Of a DNA stretch of 64,000 nt, positions 52,094 to 64,000 are shown piece after piece. A program made the position numbers and the translations under genes. The number at the start of each line of letters is the position of its first letter. The first letter of the stretch is position 1. The DNA comes from Nageia nagi (Eukaryota > Plantae > Pinophyta). The notes below the pieces were generated by a model, which saw only the letters and a list, made by a program, of their open reading frames with translations, searched no databases and had not been told where the DNA came from. The DNA is taken from positions 105,338,001 to 105,402,000 of the forward strand of contig JBITNC010000001.1 in NCBI GenBank assembly GCA_050084985.1, read 5' to 3'.

Positions 52094-52298
52094 TGAAGAG
52101 GCTAATGAATTGTGCCAGACCTTGGAAGACAGTGAAGACAAATCACGTACTGCTTCAGAAATGGCTGATGTTCTTTATCATGCTATGGTGTTGCTTGCAG
52201 TTAAAAATGTGAAAATGGAGGAAGTTCTTGAGATTCTAAGAGCTCGGTTTTGTCAATCAGGGATTGAAGAAAAGAAAAGCAGGAAAATAAAGAGTTAA
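52094..52298 (+). CDS. HISN2: HISN2 exon 5 (HisE domain, stop codon)
   Basis: tttttgcag|T GAA GAG; (R)EEANELCQTLE...SEMADVLYHAMVLL...LRARFCQSGIEEKKSRKIKS*. Phase matches exon 4. Confidence 0.96.
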
Positions 52299-52970
52299 TT
52301 TTGAAGTGTATTGCTTCGGACCAAGGGGTTAAGGACGTAACCAACATTTTGCTGGGTTTGGCAACTGAGCTGAAGAGAAATAAAAGAATTGATATGATTC
52401 CTCTGGAGTTACTTCAAGAAATTAGAATTACTACTGTTTTTTTCAATTAAAGTTATGTTAGTGTGCAAGCTTTATTCTGCCTTTGAGACTTTCTTGTGAA
52501 AGTTCTTTGTAAAACAAAATTATGGTATGCTTTCAAAGTTATTTTGTTTTCCCTTGAACTTTTGCTTATCATTGGTAGCTTTTTTTTCCTCCCTTGTCTT
52601 AAATAGTTTGTTACCTATTTTTACCGTCCTGTTTTTTTGACCTTGAAACGAAATTAGGCCCAACAACTAAAATATACGCATTTAATAAAGCTATCCACTG
52701 ATCAATAATGGAACACAAGGTTCTACGTGTCTGCTCTTGTATGATTCTATTGTATGTCTGCAAGATGGTAATGTGTCAAAAGGTATATTACAGGTTGTTA
52801 GGATGGAGGATTGTGATGAACTTCATTATGGCCTGCATGGTTGGCATCTAAAACTTTCAAATTACGTTTACTAAAAAATGAACGAAAATGCAACATATCT
52901 AATATGCCTTGTCAACAAATTATTTAGAAACGACCATACAATTGAAAATTAATAATCTTACGCGTAAAGG

Positions 52971-53067
52971 CAGTAAAAATTAGGTCAATATAAAATAGAT
53001 AGATTTCCAAATGCAGACAGTAAAATTTAGGTCAATATAAAATAGATAGATTTCCAAATGCAGACAG
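52971..53067. repeat. Near-perfect 47-bp tandem duplication downstream of HISN2
   Basis: cagtaaaa(a/t)ttaggtcaatataaaatagatagatttccaaatgcaga at 52971 and 53018, one mismatch. Confidence 0.95.
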
Positions 53068-54804
53068 GAAATATAGCCAGGCAATAAGCTCACAGCAAAC
53101 TTCCCAAGTGCTTGAAGAGAATTGAGTAGTGGTATACAAGCACAATAGAGTTGTACATTTGATAATCATTTAAATTGTTCAAAAGCAATTTTTCCTCTAT
53201 CAAGCTTTCTTTAATAAGCATTTTTTAAAAATCTAATACAATGCTCAATGATTTGATAGTTTTGAAACTTACATCATATATTATATTTTAGAATAAGAAA
53301 TATCAAAAACTAAATTTATAGGTATAAAGATCGCAAAATAAAGAGTTAATAATATTTGAGTAAATAGTACATAATCTATATGGTCATAGTTGTATTGATT
53401 TTGTATTATGTTATTACATTATCTGAAAATGTGGTTATGTTTGGATCTTGATATTAAGTGTTTTAGGATAAGTTTGTATTTAGCTAAGTTAATTGCAAGA
53501 TTAGAAGAATTAATTTTGCATTTTTTAGATTTATAGGTGAACTTTGAATTTCATATAGTTTATTATAATCATATAAAAGATATATTTAATCATTTGATTA
53601 TTTATCATCAATATCTATGATACAATAGAATATTGGCTATCAACATTTTATCATTGATATCATTGAAGAATCTTATTTAAGGAAAAGAATTAATATTTAA
53701 GGTAGGGAAATTTGATGAAGTGGTCGCAGAAAGACTACATGATTTTACAAACCTTAATTTTGATCAACTTGGTCCAAGAGTATGTTCCTTTCAATATAAA
53801 CACCATGCTATCATCATTAAGATCTTGTAAACATTCTCAAGTATAATTTAGAAGAAAATAATGATATGATTATGAAATAAAATAATATATCATAGAGTAC
53901 ATTCTAATGATACAAGAGCTTATAAATAATTACAGGGTTAGATAGTGTAGGTTGGGAAAAAGGAGTTGCAATAATTAAATGGTCTAATAATAAAAATACA
54001 TGATTTTTAAGAAGGAACAATCATATGCCTATCAAGATTGGAGATTCATACACTCACTTGTTACGGACAAAAGGAAACAAAACATTTACGAAGGACAACA
54101 TGATGAAGACACCACAAAAATCATAACTCTTAGGTACTTTAGAAAAGCATTGTTGTTGATCTTTCCAAAGCAAAATGGGCTATTTTTGGTCCTTTAAAAA
54201 GGCATCGTCGGTCCTCTTTCAAGGAGATTTGAATTCCAAATCCAGCTTTTCTCTTTTGTAAACTTGCAAGAATGTAAGATTGTATGCAATAACAATATGA
54301 TAGCTTGCATGAGACAGTTATAGTATCCAAAATTCAATCTTGATAAGGTAATGTTGAGAAACACTAAAGAGGAACATGCCACTATTAAGCTTAAAATATG
54401 TTATCCAGACATGTCTTGATAGTGGACTTACGTGGATTGGGTTATATAAAGAACTCGATGATGTAACCCACACTTTGGACCTCGCATTATCTACAAACAA
54501 GAGACACATTAATCCACTATTATATTAATATTAATGAAATAACACAAAGTAACTTGATAATTGCTATTTATTTATTTTAAGCAATTACATAAATTAAATA
54601 AATTAAATTTATGTATTACATATATAAACTAGGGTTCAAATCTAGGGGCCAAAACTTTGAAAACAAAGATGTCACAATGTTCTATACAAATTTTTTTATA
54701 TTTCCTTGGCATGTATAAGAAAAAAGTAATTCAATCACACAAAAAGTTTCAAATATAAAATAAATCAATCATTAGCTTGAAAAAGGTATTAGAATTGTTA
54801 GAAT

Positions 54805-55596
54805 TGTTGACACCTAAAAGTGGTTCCCCTAATGTGGTCCCACTTAGGTGTAACATTACATACATGTTCAATTACACTTTATCATATTTTAATCATATTC
54901 CACCTTATTATCACATATTTCTCAAGTTGTGTTCTTATTTTTATGTTAGGTACATTGGGACAACTTCAACCTTCTTACAAGGGGTTAAATGTTGATATCA
55001 TGCTTGATAGAAATGTATCTTTAACTTGGAGAAAACATATCAAGATTACATCTCGATAGCTGATACACTACACTTGGGTGTTTCTAAACGCAACCTATTG
55101 AGATTGGAATCTTGTTACAATTCGAGCAAATATCTATCATCTATTTTCTGTGATCGTATGCTTTGGTTCAACTTGTCGACATATCTGTTGTTGATCCTTG
55201 TTGGTAGACCTCATTATATCAAAATGCTAGCATTCGCATTAAGCTCCTGAGAGCTAGCACTCGCATTGGGATCCTTTCTGCTGTTGGCCATGAGGTTTGC
55301 ATATTAAGGTCACCTCTCTTTGATAAGTTCCTCCTACATATATTTAGCTTCGACACAGGTACAGACACACAAGTATTTATCTTACACTTGAATTCCATTT
55401 CTTTAGTGTGTGCATTCGTTTTGTATCTTGATATCAATAAAAGCCATAATTCTACTACTGCACTTTTACTTTCTTTATTTCTTTTTATATATGTATGTTT
55501 ATTTGATTTAAATAGCTTAGATATTACATACTTAAATGTTTGTGTATTTAATTCATTTAGGCCAAAACCCTAGGTGTACCAAAACACATATCAATA
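54805..55596 (+). repeat. 5' LTR (~790 bp)
   Basis: Aligns with 63582-64000 (roughly 85% by eye). Right end ...atatcaata interpreted as a decayed ...gtcaaca. Confidence 0.8.
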
Positions 55597-55686
55597 TATT
55601 AATGACCACTATTTATAATATTTTCTTTCTCTTAACTAGGGTTAGAATAAAAGTGCTTTCAAACGTACATTGAAAATTCTATTGCA

Positions 55687-58330
55687 ATGTCGAACCTATT
55701 AAGGATTCTATTCACGCTTTAAATTCCAAAAGCATTTTTCATTACTAGCAATGAAAATGCAAATATTTCTTGTGCACCTACTAATCTTGTAGCTAAGAAA
55801 GCTTCCAAACGAAGAAAGATTAGTAGACCAAAGGTGGTTCAATGACGAAGTAAGAGAATTCGTATTAAACAATCATCTACATATGTAAAAGGCTAGATAA
55901 CTAAAGATGCTGGTCAAAGTGTTTTAGATAAAGAGAGATTTGCAGAAAGCTTTGACAATTCAGCAAAGATAGTAAATCAAAGGGTTCATTATGATAATGA
56001 TGGATTTAAGACCCCATCGAATCAACAACTTCCTCCTACAATCGAAGAAGAAATCATTGCATGATTGAGCAATGATGAGGTATTTAGATTATGGCATTTT
56101 AATAGGCATAAGGAGCATATAACTCTTGATGATTTGACTCTTACACTATAAAATATGAATCTAGGATTCCTCACAAATAGGTCTAGACCTATGCTAAATA
56201 TTAACCCATTTATTCTTCCTAATCCTAGCACGAATGCTCATAGCAGCATCGATGCAACCTTAGAGCGTACATTGAGCCTAAGCTAGAAACAATGGTACCA
56301 ATTTCTTCGATAGCTTCCATGCCAAATATAGAGATAAGAATTCAACAAGAGATTGTTAGTATGATTCATAATATTAGTGAGAACATTACCCAACCTACTA
56401 CATTGGAAGACTTGCTTCATAAGGATGCTCAAGTTGATAATCCAATTTCACTGAACAACATTGAAGATACACTTGTACATGATGAAGGAAATGAAGAATT
56501 TGATGAAGATACAAATATATTCATTGAAGATGACTATGACCAAGAAGACCCGATAAAGTATGAAGAGATTAACAAAATTATTGAAGAGGTTGATATGCCA
56601 TATCCAGATTGGTTAGAGGAAGATAACAAAATAAAATTTAGATTTTTTCATTTGGTATATGAGTTTGAAGTTACAAACATGAGTATACCAGAAAAGATAT
56701 CATATTATAAGGGATTGATTCAAAAATTTCAAGATGATTACGAAATCAAAATAAGGTTATTTCAACATAAGAATAAGCAATCAGTCCGATGTCCTATCAT
56801 AATACAAGATGAACAAAGTATCAAGAGGAAAATGTTGATAGATTGCTTGATCAAGCTATGCATCACATTACCGGGTGGACTTAAGAAGAGAATGATATCA
56901 AATGTGCATAATTAATAAGGTGTAATAGGGAGCATATGATATTGATGCTTCGTATCGATAAAGAATGGTTAGTTTCAACAACTTTGCACAATATCATCTT
57001 TGATAGAAATGATAAAAGTGGAGCCTTTGAAATCTTTAAGCTTAGACAACGATTATCAACATTTGAACAAGGAAAAAATTCAGAACAACCATTAGAGAAT
57101 GAAAGAGAAAACATTTAGGCAATCATACAAGTACCAACCTTAGAAACAACAATTCAAGTGAAAAATTTTGAGGAAACAAAAAGAGTTGATAATCTGCAAC
57201 AAATACTCTTAAAGATAGAAAAGTACCAAGGTTTTGACTCTAAAAAAAATGAAGATAATAATCCCTTATGCATGAGAATTATATCAACCATATTATATTC
57301 CAACAAATATTTGAAGTTCATAAAGTTTTATGGTACTACTGATCCATGTCTTCATATATGTATCTTCTTTGATGAAGTCTCCTTAATCATAATGGATGAT
57401 GACTTGCATGCAAAGTTATTTCCTTTCTCTCTAAAATAAGATTGCATAGAATGGTTTAACATATTACCACATGCTAGTATTGAAAGCTTTGAACATTAAA
57501 GATTGTAGTTTGTGATCATTATCAGATTCACATTGCAAAAAAGATGACATCTAGTGATTTAATGAAGATAAGGCAAAGAGAAGGATAATACATTGAATCA
57601 TTCATCAAATGTTGGAATAAAAAGAAAAATAAGATTCATGAAGATGAAAACATAAAAATAATAACATTCATTGAGGATTTTCAACAAAAGTACAAGGCAA
57701 CATGTTTTAACTATCACAAGTTACCTCTTGATGATTTTTTTCAAGTTTTGATAAAAAAAAGAAAGGTTTCACATTAGATATGGACAATAGAAACTATAAT
57801 CAAAATAGAAAAGAGATAAATCACCTTCATAACCTCAACATTGGTACACAAAGGAACAACCAAAAGAGTCACTAATAGTCACTAAAGTGGAATCTGTACA
57901 ACAATAAATAGTAGAAGCAAATGGTGTCAAAAAGGATGATAAATATGAGAAATCAATTTATATAGAGTGTCAAAAATTTCCTAAACAAAAAATTCACACC
58001 TATACATGATGATATTGATGAAGTTACAAAAGCCTTGATTAAGAGAAAGTTTCTAGTTCCAACACCTAAATATACCACTCAACCATCCTTTACAATTGGT
58101 GTGCCAAGTGAGTGTAAGTTAGATCAGTTCTATGAATATCAACAATAGCAAGGACATGCGATAAAATATTATGTATCACTACTTAACAAGATTCAAGTTT
58201 TGATTGATCAGAAGGTGTCTTTTCCATAACCTAAAGATACTAAATCAGATGATAAGCTAAAGCAATTATGAGGATCTCAGCATGAGAAGAACAAAAATAT
58301 GGTAATCTTCAACAATCCATTCCTGAAATT
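55687..58330 (+). pseudogene. Degenerate gag with long acidic N-terminal extension
   Basis: ORF fragments 56292-56915, 56936-57118, 57158-57439; KFYGTTDPCLH..KLFPFSLK*DCIEWFNILP..IESFE; decayed knuckle FYEYQQ*QGH..LLNKIQVLID (~58128-58210). Confidence 0.75.
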
Positions 58331-59378
58331 CATCAAAGTCAAATTACTAAATACAAGCTTCAACTTTTTTGGTAATTTCAACCTGAAATGAAAAATAGGT
58401 ACGTACTATTACTCTTGCTCATGTCATTTATAGTTGCTCTTTTATATGTAGAAGCATATGTGTTTTCATTTTATTTTTTATGATCAAACATCCCTTAGAA
58501 CCTCGTGTCCATGTTATAATGAATTTTCACTATTCATTAACTCATCCACATTAGGAGCATCTGTAAGCCATTACCTAAAGAGCCCCTACCTCATTTGTAA
58601 CCTACTATTAACGTTGATACCAGTACACATGCCAGTCTTCCCTCATGATCACCAAAAATTGCCAGGATAGTGAGTCCACCCACATCTCCCTAATGTTAAC
58701 CTTTAATGTCTTAGGAAGTTACTCCATCCTTTACTAAGAAAAACTCAACCATTTAGTTCATGATAATTTTTTCATTTCATGGACACTTGATATTTTTTCT
58801 ATATATCATACTTTGTTTTCATCTAGAGCCATTTCTCATATGTTAATCCAATGCCCATGTTGGGTTCCTTAAAGGTTTCTGATCCAATCCACACTTTCTT
58901 GTAACTTCTTAACCATTAGATTGCTTTAACCTATGTGTCACTTTGAGGTTCTATCATGGATTCATTTTTACATTTATAGTTCATTTTTTCTTAAAATTCA
59001 TAACCTCATAGCCCTGATAATGTCTTGATTTCCTATGGTCACTTCATGAAATTTTGACCCTATTCATAACCATAAATAGTTGAACCACAACTTGAATATG
59101 TTATCCCTAAAAAAGATCGACATCTATGCTGGGTTCTATTTAGTTTGATTATATATATATATCCTAGTTCCTTAGTACAACCACTAGTTCCCGCTATCCT
59201 TACCTCATATATATAACAACTTACAATCAAATATTAACATTGATTACATTACTTTCAATTGAAAACTTAAAACAATATAACAAATTAGAATCAAAATCAC
59301 ACATCCATCCACGAAACATTTAACAAAATAAGATTATAGTTGGAATATATTAATAAAACATGTGAGACAAAAAACACA

Positions 59379-61556
59379 CTAGTTTTCTATGCTAACACTG
59401 CTTGTAGTACTGTGGTGGCTCCTAGTACTCCTAACACTCTTGGAATTAGACATTGTCCTACTTAAACTAGGCCTCTTTATACCAATTTGCTCCTCCAATT
59501 CCACAAGATGAGTCTATAAGTAAGCCTTTTCATTTACAAGGTCTTCAATCTTCTTCTTGTATTCTAACACATGGTTCATCATCCCTAGGAAGTCTTTGTC
59601 ATTCTAAGCCTTGTGCATATTTTGCAATGTCTTCATAAATTATTGTAGCGATGCTAGTCTCACCCTCATTCTATCTAGATAACCATCCTTATGGCAATCT
59701 CCTCCTTCAAGCTTTCCAATTCCTCGTATGCATGTTGTTTTGTTTCCTTCTCATAATATAGGTCCAACTTTGTTTGATCTAAAAAAATAAAATAATAAAT
59801 ACATGTTAGTTATATTTTATTTCTTGTAAGGACTAACTTTTAGGTATAAGAGCAAAGCACTTACTCAATTCATTTTCAATTTTTGCTGAGCATCTGCAAT
59901 ATGAATACCACTTAGAACCTCCCAACCATGTTGTTCTTCCTATTAGGTTACATCCTTCATATGCACATATTGCTCCTCCTCTTCTTCTTCTCCTTCCTTA
60001 TCCTCCTCTACATTTGCCTCTCCCTTAGCAGCCTCCTTTAACCTTTGTAAGCCATAAATTCCCAAGGAATCTAGTCTTTCTCTAACCCACCATGTTAGGT
60101 ACTCTTGGTCAAATTGAGGCCCATTCAGTGCCTCAATTCCCTCATCATATGTATCACTACCTGCATCATGGTCTTGAGGAGGCTCCCACTCTTGTATCCA
60201 CTTGGGTGGGGTATCAAACAAATTAGGTTCATGTGCCCTATATCTCCCCATCCTTACAATAAACTTGCATTCAGGAGGAATGTCTTGTCTTTTAACAAAT
60301 TATCTTTTAACCTTATGTAGGGTTACATGAATGTCTTCCTTGTTTGCAATAACAAGGAGTCCTATTCCAACCTAATTCACCTTTTGGCTCATTTCGCTAA
60401 TATGGTAAACTTGCATAGGTTATGTAGATAATATCTCCAATAAACTAACATTGTGCATTAGCATTTAATGCAAATCACTTAACCAAAATTAACCAAACTT
60501 GTTGCTAAACCACTTACCATACATAAACCCATTCATAACTTTTTGGTATGCTTCCACACTCTTGTGGATCCATGTTACCTCTCCCATCATTTCCCATGAG
60601 TACCATGTGTAATAATCGACCTCTATGCTATGAACTATAAGTTCTCTTGGCTGAATATATATGATATGATCTTATGCCCAATATTGCAACACAAATGAGT
60701 GTGCAATTAACATCTTCTTGCTATTTTGCACCATGATAAAGTTATGCAAGTCATGATACATTTGGGAAATGATATATGAAATCCACACATACCTCATACC
60801 TTGTATCATCTAGTACACCACATAAACCAAACCAAGAGTGAATACCTCATGATTTTTGTATGGATACACAATTCTATCAATGCATATGGCCATAATCAAT
60901 CGCACCCACATGAACATATTCATCTTGCCTCTAGAAGCATGATGAAGGTATGCACCCTTTTTACTTTCATGGTAGTCCTCTAACCTTGTCAACCATTTTT
61001 GTGAACCTTTGCATCTTGCATTGGTCATACTCTCCTCTAGGTAAATGGGATACCTTTTTATGGGCACTTTTAGGATCCTATGGATGTCCTCAAGGATAAT
61101 AGTGATATCTCTAATAGGTAAATGGAAGGTATTGGTCCTCTTTTACCACCTGTCCATGAGGGCTATGAAAAACTCCTTTTCCACATGCACAAATGAAGCA
61201 TGCAACAAATAACCCATACCTACATGTTGAAATACACCTAACTCCTCATCAGTTAACTTGTCACACCAGTTAATTTATTGCTTACAACTCTTGAACATCA
61301 AATTTGGCTCCATAAGGAATTGATGACACTGCATCCAAAGTAGGCAAAGGTATGTGTTAGTACATTTTGCAATCTCATGTAAATCATGCAAGGAATTTTT
61401 TATTTTATTTTTCTAAATACACACTTAATATCACATCAATTTGGAAAAACCCTCCCTACACCTGACAACCTATCTACCAAGCTAGCATCGACACTCACAC
61501 CACCATCTGTGCTAGACTTCCTATGACCAATTTTTTAGAAATTTGGGGGTAACATG
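59379..61556 (-). pseudogene. Antisense, intron-containing plant mobile domain (PMD, aminotransferase-like) gene remnant
   Basis: Minus-strand FIALMDRW*KRTNTFHLPIRDITIILEDIHRILKVPI (~61060-61170) matches the PMD signature ERW..T.TFHLP.GE.TITLED. Acidic segment 59943-60251, coiled-coil tail. GT-AG introns with CTAA(C/T) branch points at ~59779-59864, ~60435-60517, ~61329-61461. Confidence 0.82.
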
Positions 61557-62659
61557 CCTTTACCCCCACTATCACATAAAAACATGCTTTGCACCTAAAA
61601 TCCACCCTTAAATGCAAAATCATATAATCCATAACCTTTTAACCTTAATCCTAGGATATCCTATCAATTTCTACCATTTCCTACCCTACCTTGCCAAATA
61701 AGGATCACAAACATCAAAAAAGGGTCCTAGGAATTCACCACATGTGTAGAAACATGGTTGTGGCAAAAAAAAATACATTCAATGGTTATCTTAATCCATG
61801 ATCTTCATCCGGCAAAACCAATTAGGTTATAATGTTACCAATTTAGCCAAAATCAAACTAAAACATTGAGACACATACATAAAATATTCACTTCACTACT
61901 CATAGCTTTTGGGAATTAACTAATCTTGCCACAACGAGCACACTAGCCAACCTAGACTAGATCTCCAATCAAATAGTGCAAATAAAAATATAACATCAAT
62001 TTGGCCTATTTAGATCATAAATAGGATATATTTTACAAGAAAACCAATAAAAACTTATCAACTTGTGCCGCCACACCTCTTAAATCATGATTTTTACCCA
62101 TTTCTTAAAAATTGAATCCATTAGCCCAAAATGTGGAAGCCTTTCTCCTTAGAAACCATAGCGTTCATGTTGATCGTCAATGTCTACACTACCTTTCTTA
62201 TACATCTAACACCTCACCTTGGACATCATGATACCTTTAATTAAATGTGATCTAAAAATTGATATAGGACTAATAAGTATTAGAGAATGAAGTTATTTAT
62301 GGAATAAACTAACATCTAATAGAAGAATGATGCATTCTTTGCATATTTGTAATACGGTTAGACCCATTTGTTACAAAATTCAATGCTTTATTAGCTTCTA
62401 TCAGGTATAAAAAATATCATTATTAGATAGATAAAACAAATCAAATACTATACATGCAACATCATTAACTTGCAATACTCTTAAGCTAATGTTAACATTG
62501 AAACTAGCACAGATGTTGGGACACAAAGGCATAAATCATGCCAATTAAAAAAAATTAGAACAAAGGGTAAGATACAAGAAGTATTTCTATCCTTATCTGC
62601 ACTTTGCATTATTATTGGTACTATAATCATATGCATGATTGGAAACAAACCAATCATCT

Positions 62660-63115
62660 TGCAGTCACCTTTGCAAGTTGGGTCTAAATTAATTACCTCC
62701 ATTATTGCTTTGAGTCACCTTTGTTGGTTGGGTTTAAACTAACCTTCATTATTGATTTGAGTCACCTTTTCTAGTTGGGTATGAAATAACCTCCATTATT
62801 TCTTCAATTTACCTTTTTTGGTTGGATATAAACTAACTATCACCTTTATATCACATCTAATAATAGGGCATGTACCTTATGATGATGACATCATATCATA
62901 TATACATATAGGAATGAGGCATGTACCTCATGATAATATATAACATCTCTCTTGAATTCACCTTTGTTGGTTGGGTCTAAAATAACCATCATCATGCTAT
63001 TTATCATTCATATGTTGCATCTAGGAATGGGGCATGTACCCCATGACAATGTTGACATATATGGTTTTGATTGCATGTGTTCCATCTAGGAATGGGGTAT
63101 GTACCCCATGATGAT
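62660..63115. repeat. Degenerate tandem repeats in the element's 3' region
   Basis: ~48-bp gtcacctttgttggttgggt..aaa.taacc units at ~62663, 62712, 62760, 62807, 62955. ggaatggggcatgtacc.catga units at ~62864, 62911, 63024, 63089. Confidence 0.8.
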
Positions 63116-63581
63116 GTTGAAACACCTTTATCACGATCATGTATGTATGCATATAAGAATGAAATATTGAGTATTTTTGTATTTGGTGTTCTCAAGATGA
63201 TGTATGCATATTATATTAATTTCATTATTATTGCATTACTGTTATGTCATTTTTGATGAAATATTATGATGATTTACTCTAATTTTCACTACTATATCTT
63301 TTATGAGTTAACCATCACATATATGCTTGGCAGTTTGTACTATCTCTCTTATTTTCAAGTTATTCTTTGCTCTCAGTTGTTTCTACTTCATGCAAGGTAT
63401 TACATGTCACAACCAAGGAAAAGAGGGGGAAATATACATCATCATTTCTTGATGATTTGAATAGTTCTACAACTAAACCATACAAGTATCAAAATTTTCT
63501 TCTCTTTAACTTTTAATTCATTTGCAAGCATAATTTCTTTTCAAAAGTTCTTATTTCATTACACTTGCAAAGGGGATCATC

Positions 63582-64000
63582 TGTTGACACCTAAAAGTGG
63601 CCCCTCTAACATGGTTCCACTTAGGTGTAACATTACATACATGTTCAATCACACTTTATCATATTTTAATCATATTCTACTTTATTATCACATATTTCTT
63701 AGGTTGTGTTCTTATTTTATGTTAGGCATACTAGAACAACTTCAACCTTCTTACAAGGGGTCAAATGGTGATATCATGCCTGATATAAATGCAAGTATCT
63801 CCAATCTAGAGAAAATATATCAAGATTACATCTTGATAACTAGCACCCTACACTTGGATGTTTCTAAATATCACCTATTATGATTGGAATATTGTTACCA
63901 TTCAAGAAAATATCTATTATCTATTTTTTGCAATCATATGCTTGGTTCAGCTTATTGATATATCTACCATTATTGATCCTTGTTGGAAGATCTCATTCTA
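63582..64000 (+). repeat. 3' LTR (truncated by window end)
   Basis: Direct repeat of 54805 onward, preceded by a purine tract. Confidence 0.9.

Larger units (their letters stand above)
9504..52298 (+). other. HISN2: HISN2 (hisIE) gene span, 5 coding exons, ~315 aa if the exon-3 frameshift is repaired
   Basis: Exons join through GT-AG introns in consistent phase: transit-peptide-like exon 1, HisI domain (exons 2-3), HisE domain (exons 4-5). Introns 9762-39616 (29,855 bp), 39863-39997, 40093-40290, 40434-52093 (11,660 bp). CDS sums to 947 nt, one short of a multiple of three. Confidence 0.92.
54805..64000 (+). mobile_element. Ogre/Tat-like Ty3/gypsy element lacking pol (gag plus antisense PMD gene); 3' LTR runs off the window
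   Basis: LTRs start TGTTGACACCTAAAAGTGG at 54805 and 63582; 5' LTR ends ~55596; decayed tRNA-Arg-type PBS (ttaatgaccact ~ TGGCGACCACT); PPT-like aaaggggatcatc 63569-63581; Ogre/Tat-style gag motifs; 3'-region tandem repeats. Confidence 0.85.

Noticed and set aside
53946-54676. Solo LTR (TGTAGG...GTCACA)
   Set aside because: Flanks do not form a TSD; cannot be delimited.

Overview
Eukaryotic, AT-rich, CpG-depleted plant nuclear DNA. Giant TE-filled introns and the element types suggest a large-genome seed plant such as a gymnosperm (inference). The window holds one host gene on the + strand: HISN2 (plastid bifunctional phosphoribosyl-AMP cyclohydrolase / phosphoribosyl-ATP pyrophosphatase, HisIE). 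Its five coding exons (9504-9761, 39617-39862, 39998-40092, 40291-40433, 52094-52298; 947 nt) are spread over ~43 kb, with introns of 29.9 kb and 11.7 kb. As written, exon 3 lacks one base (frameshift near 40010-40013), so the gene is either a young pseudogene or carries an assembly indel. Most of the remaining recognisable sequence is retroelement-derived: a Ty1/copia 5' half with an extra acidic ORF upstream of gag (1-3314); a compact Ty3/gypsy with a tRNA-Glu-type PBS (15799-22600); a very young full-length Ty1/copia (30122-35247, LTRs ~99% identical, TSD ATTAA); several solo LTRs with TSDs; a LINE RNase H remnant; and a pol-less Ogre/Tat-like element carrying an antisense, intron-containing plant-mobile-domain gene (54805 to window end). 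The most unusual object is a family present twice (25471-28079 on -, 43865-49597 on +). Each copy has LTR-type TG..CA ends and a 5-bp TSD but no internal direct repeats, PBS, PPT or gag/pol, so it looks like a solo LTR. Yet it contains an array of 114-bp-spaced palindromes and a degenerate ORF (~3 kb in the longer copy) showing purifying selection between the two copies: apparently a protein-coding giant LTR. All comparisons were made by eye, and family and lineage assignments are from remembered motifs, not database searches.
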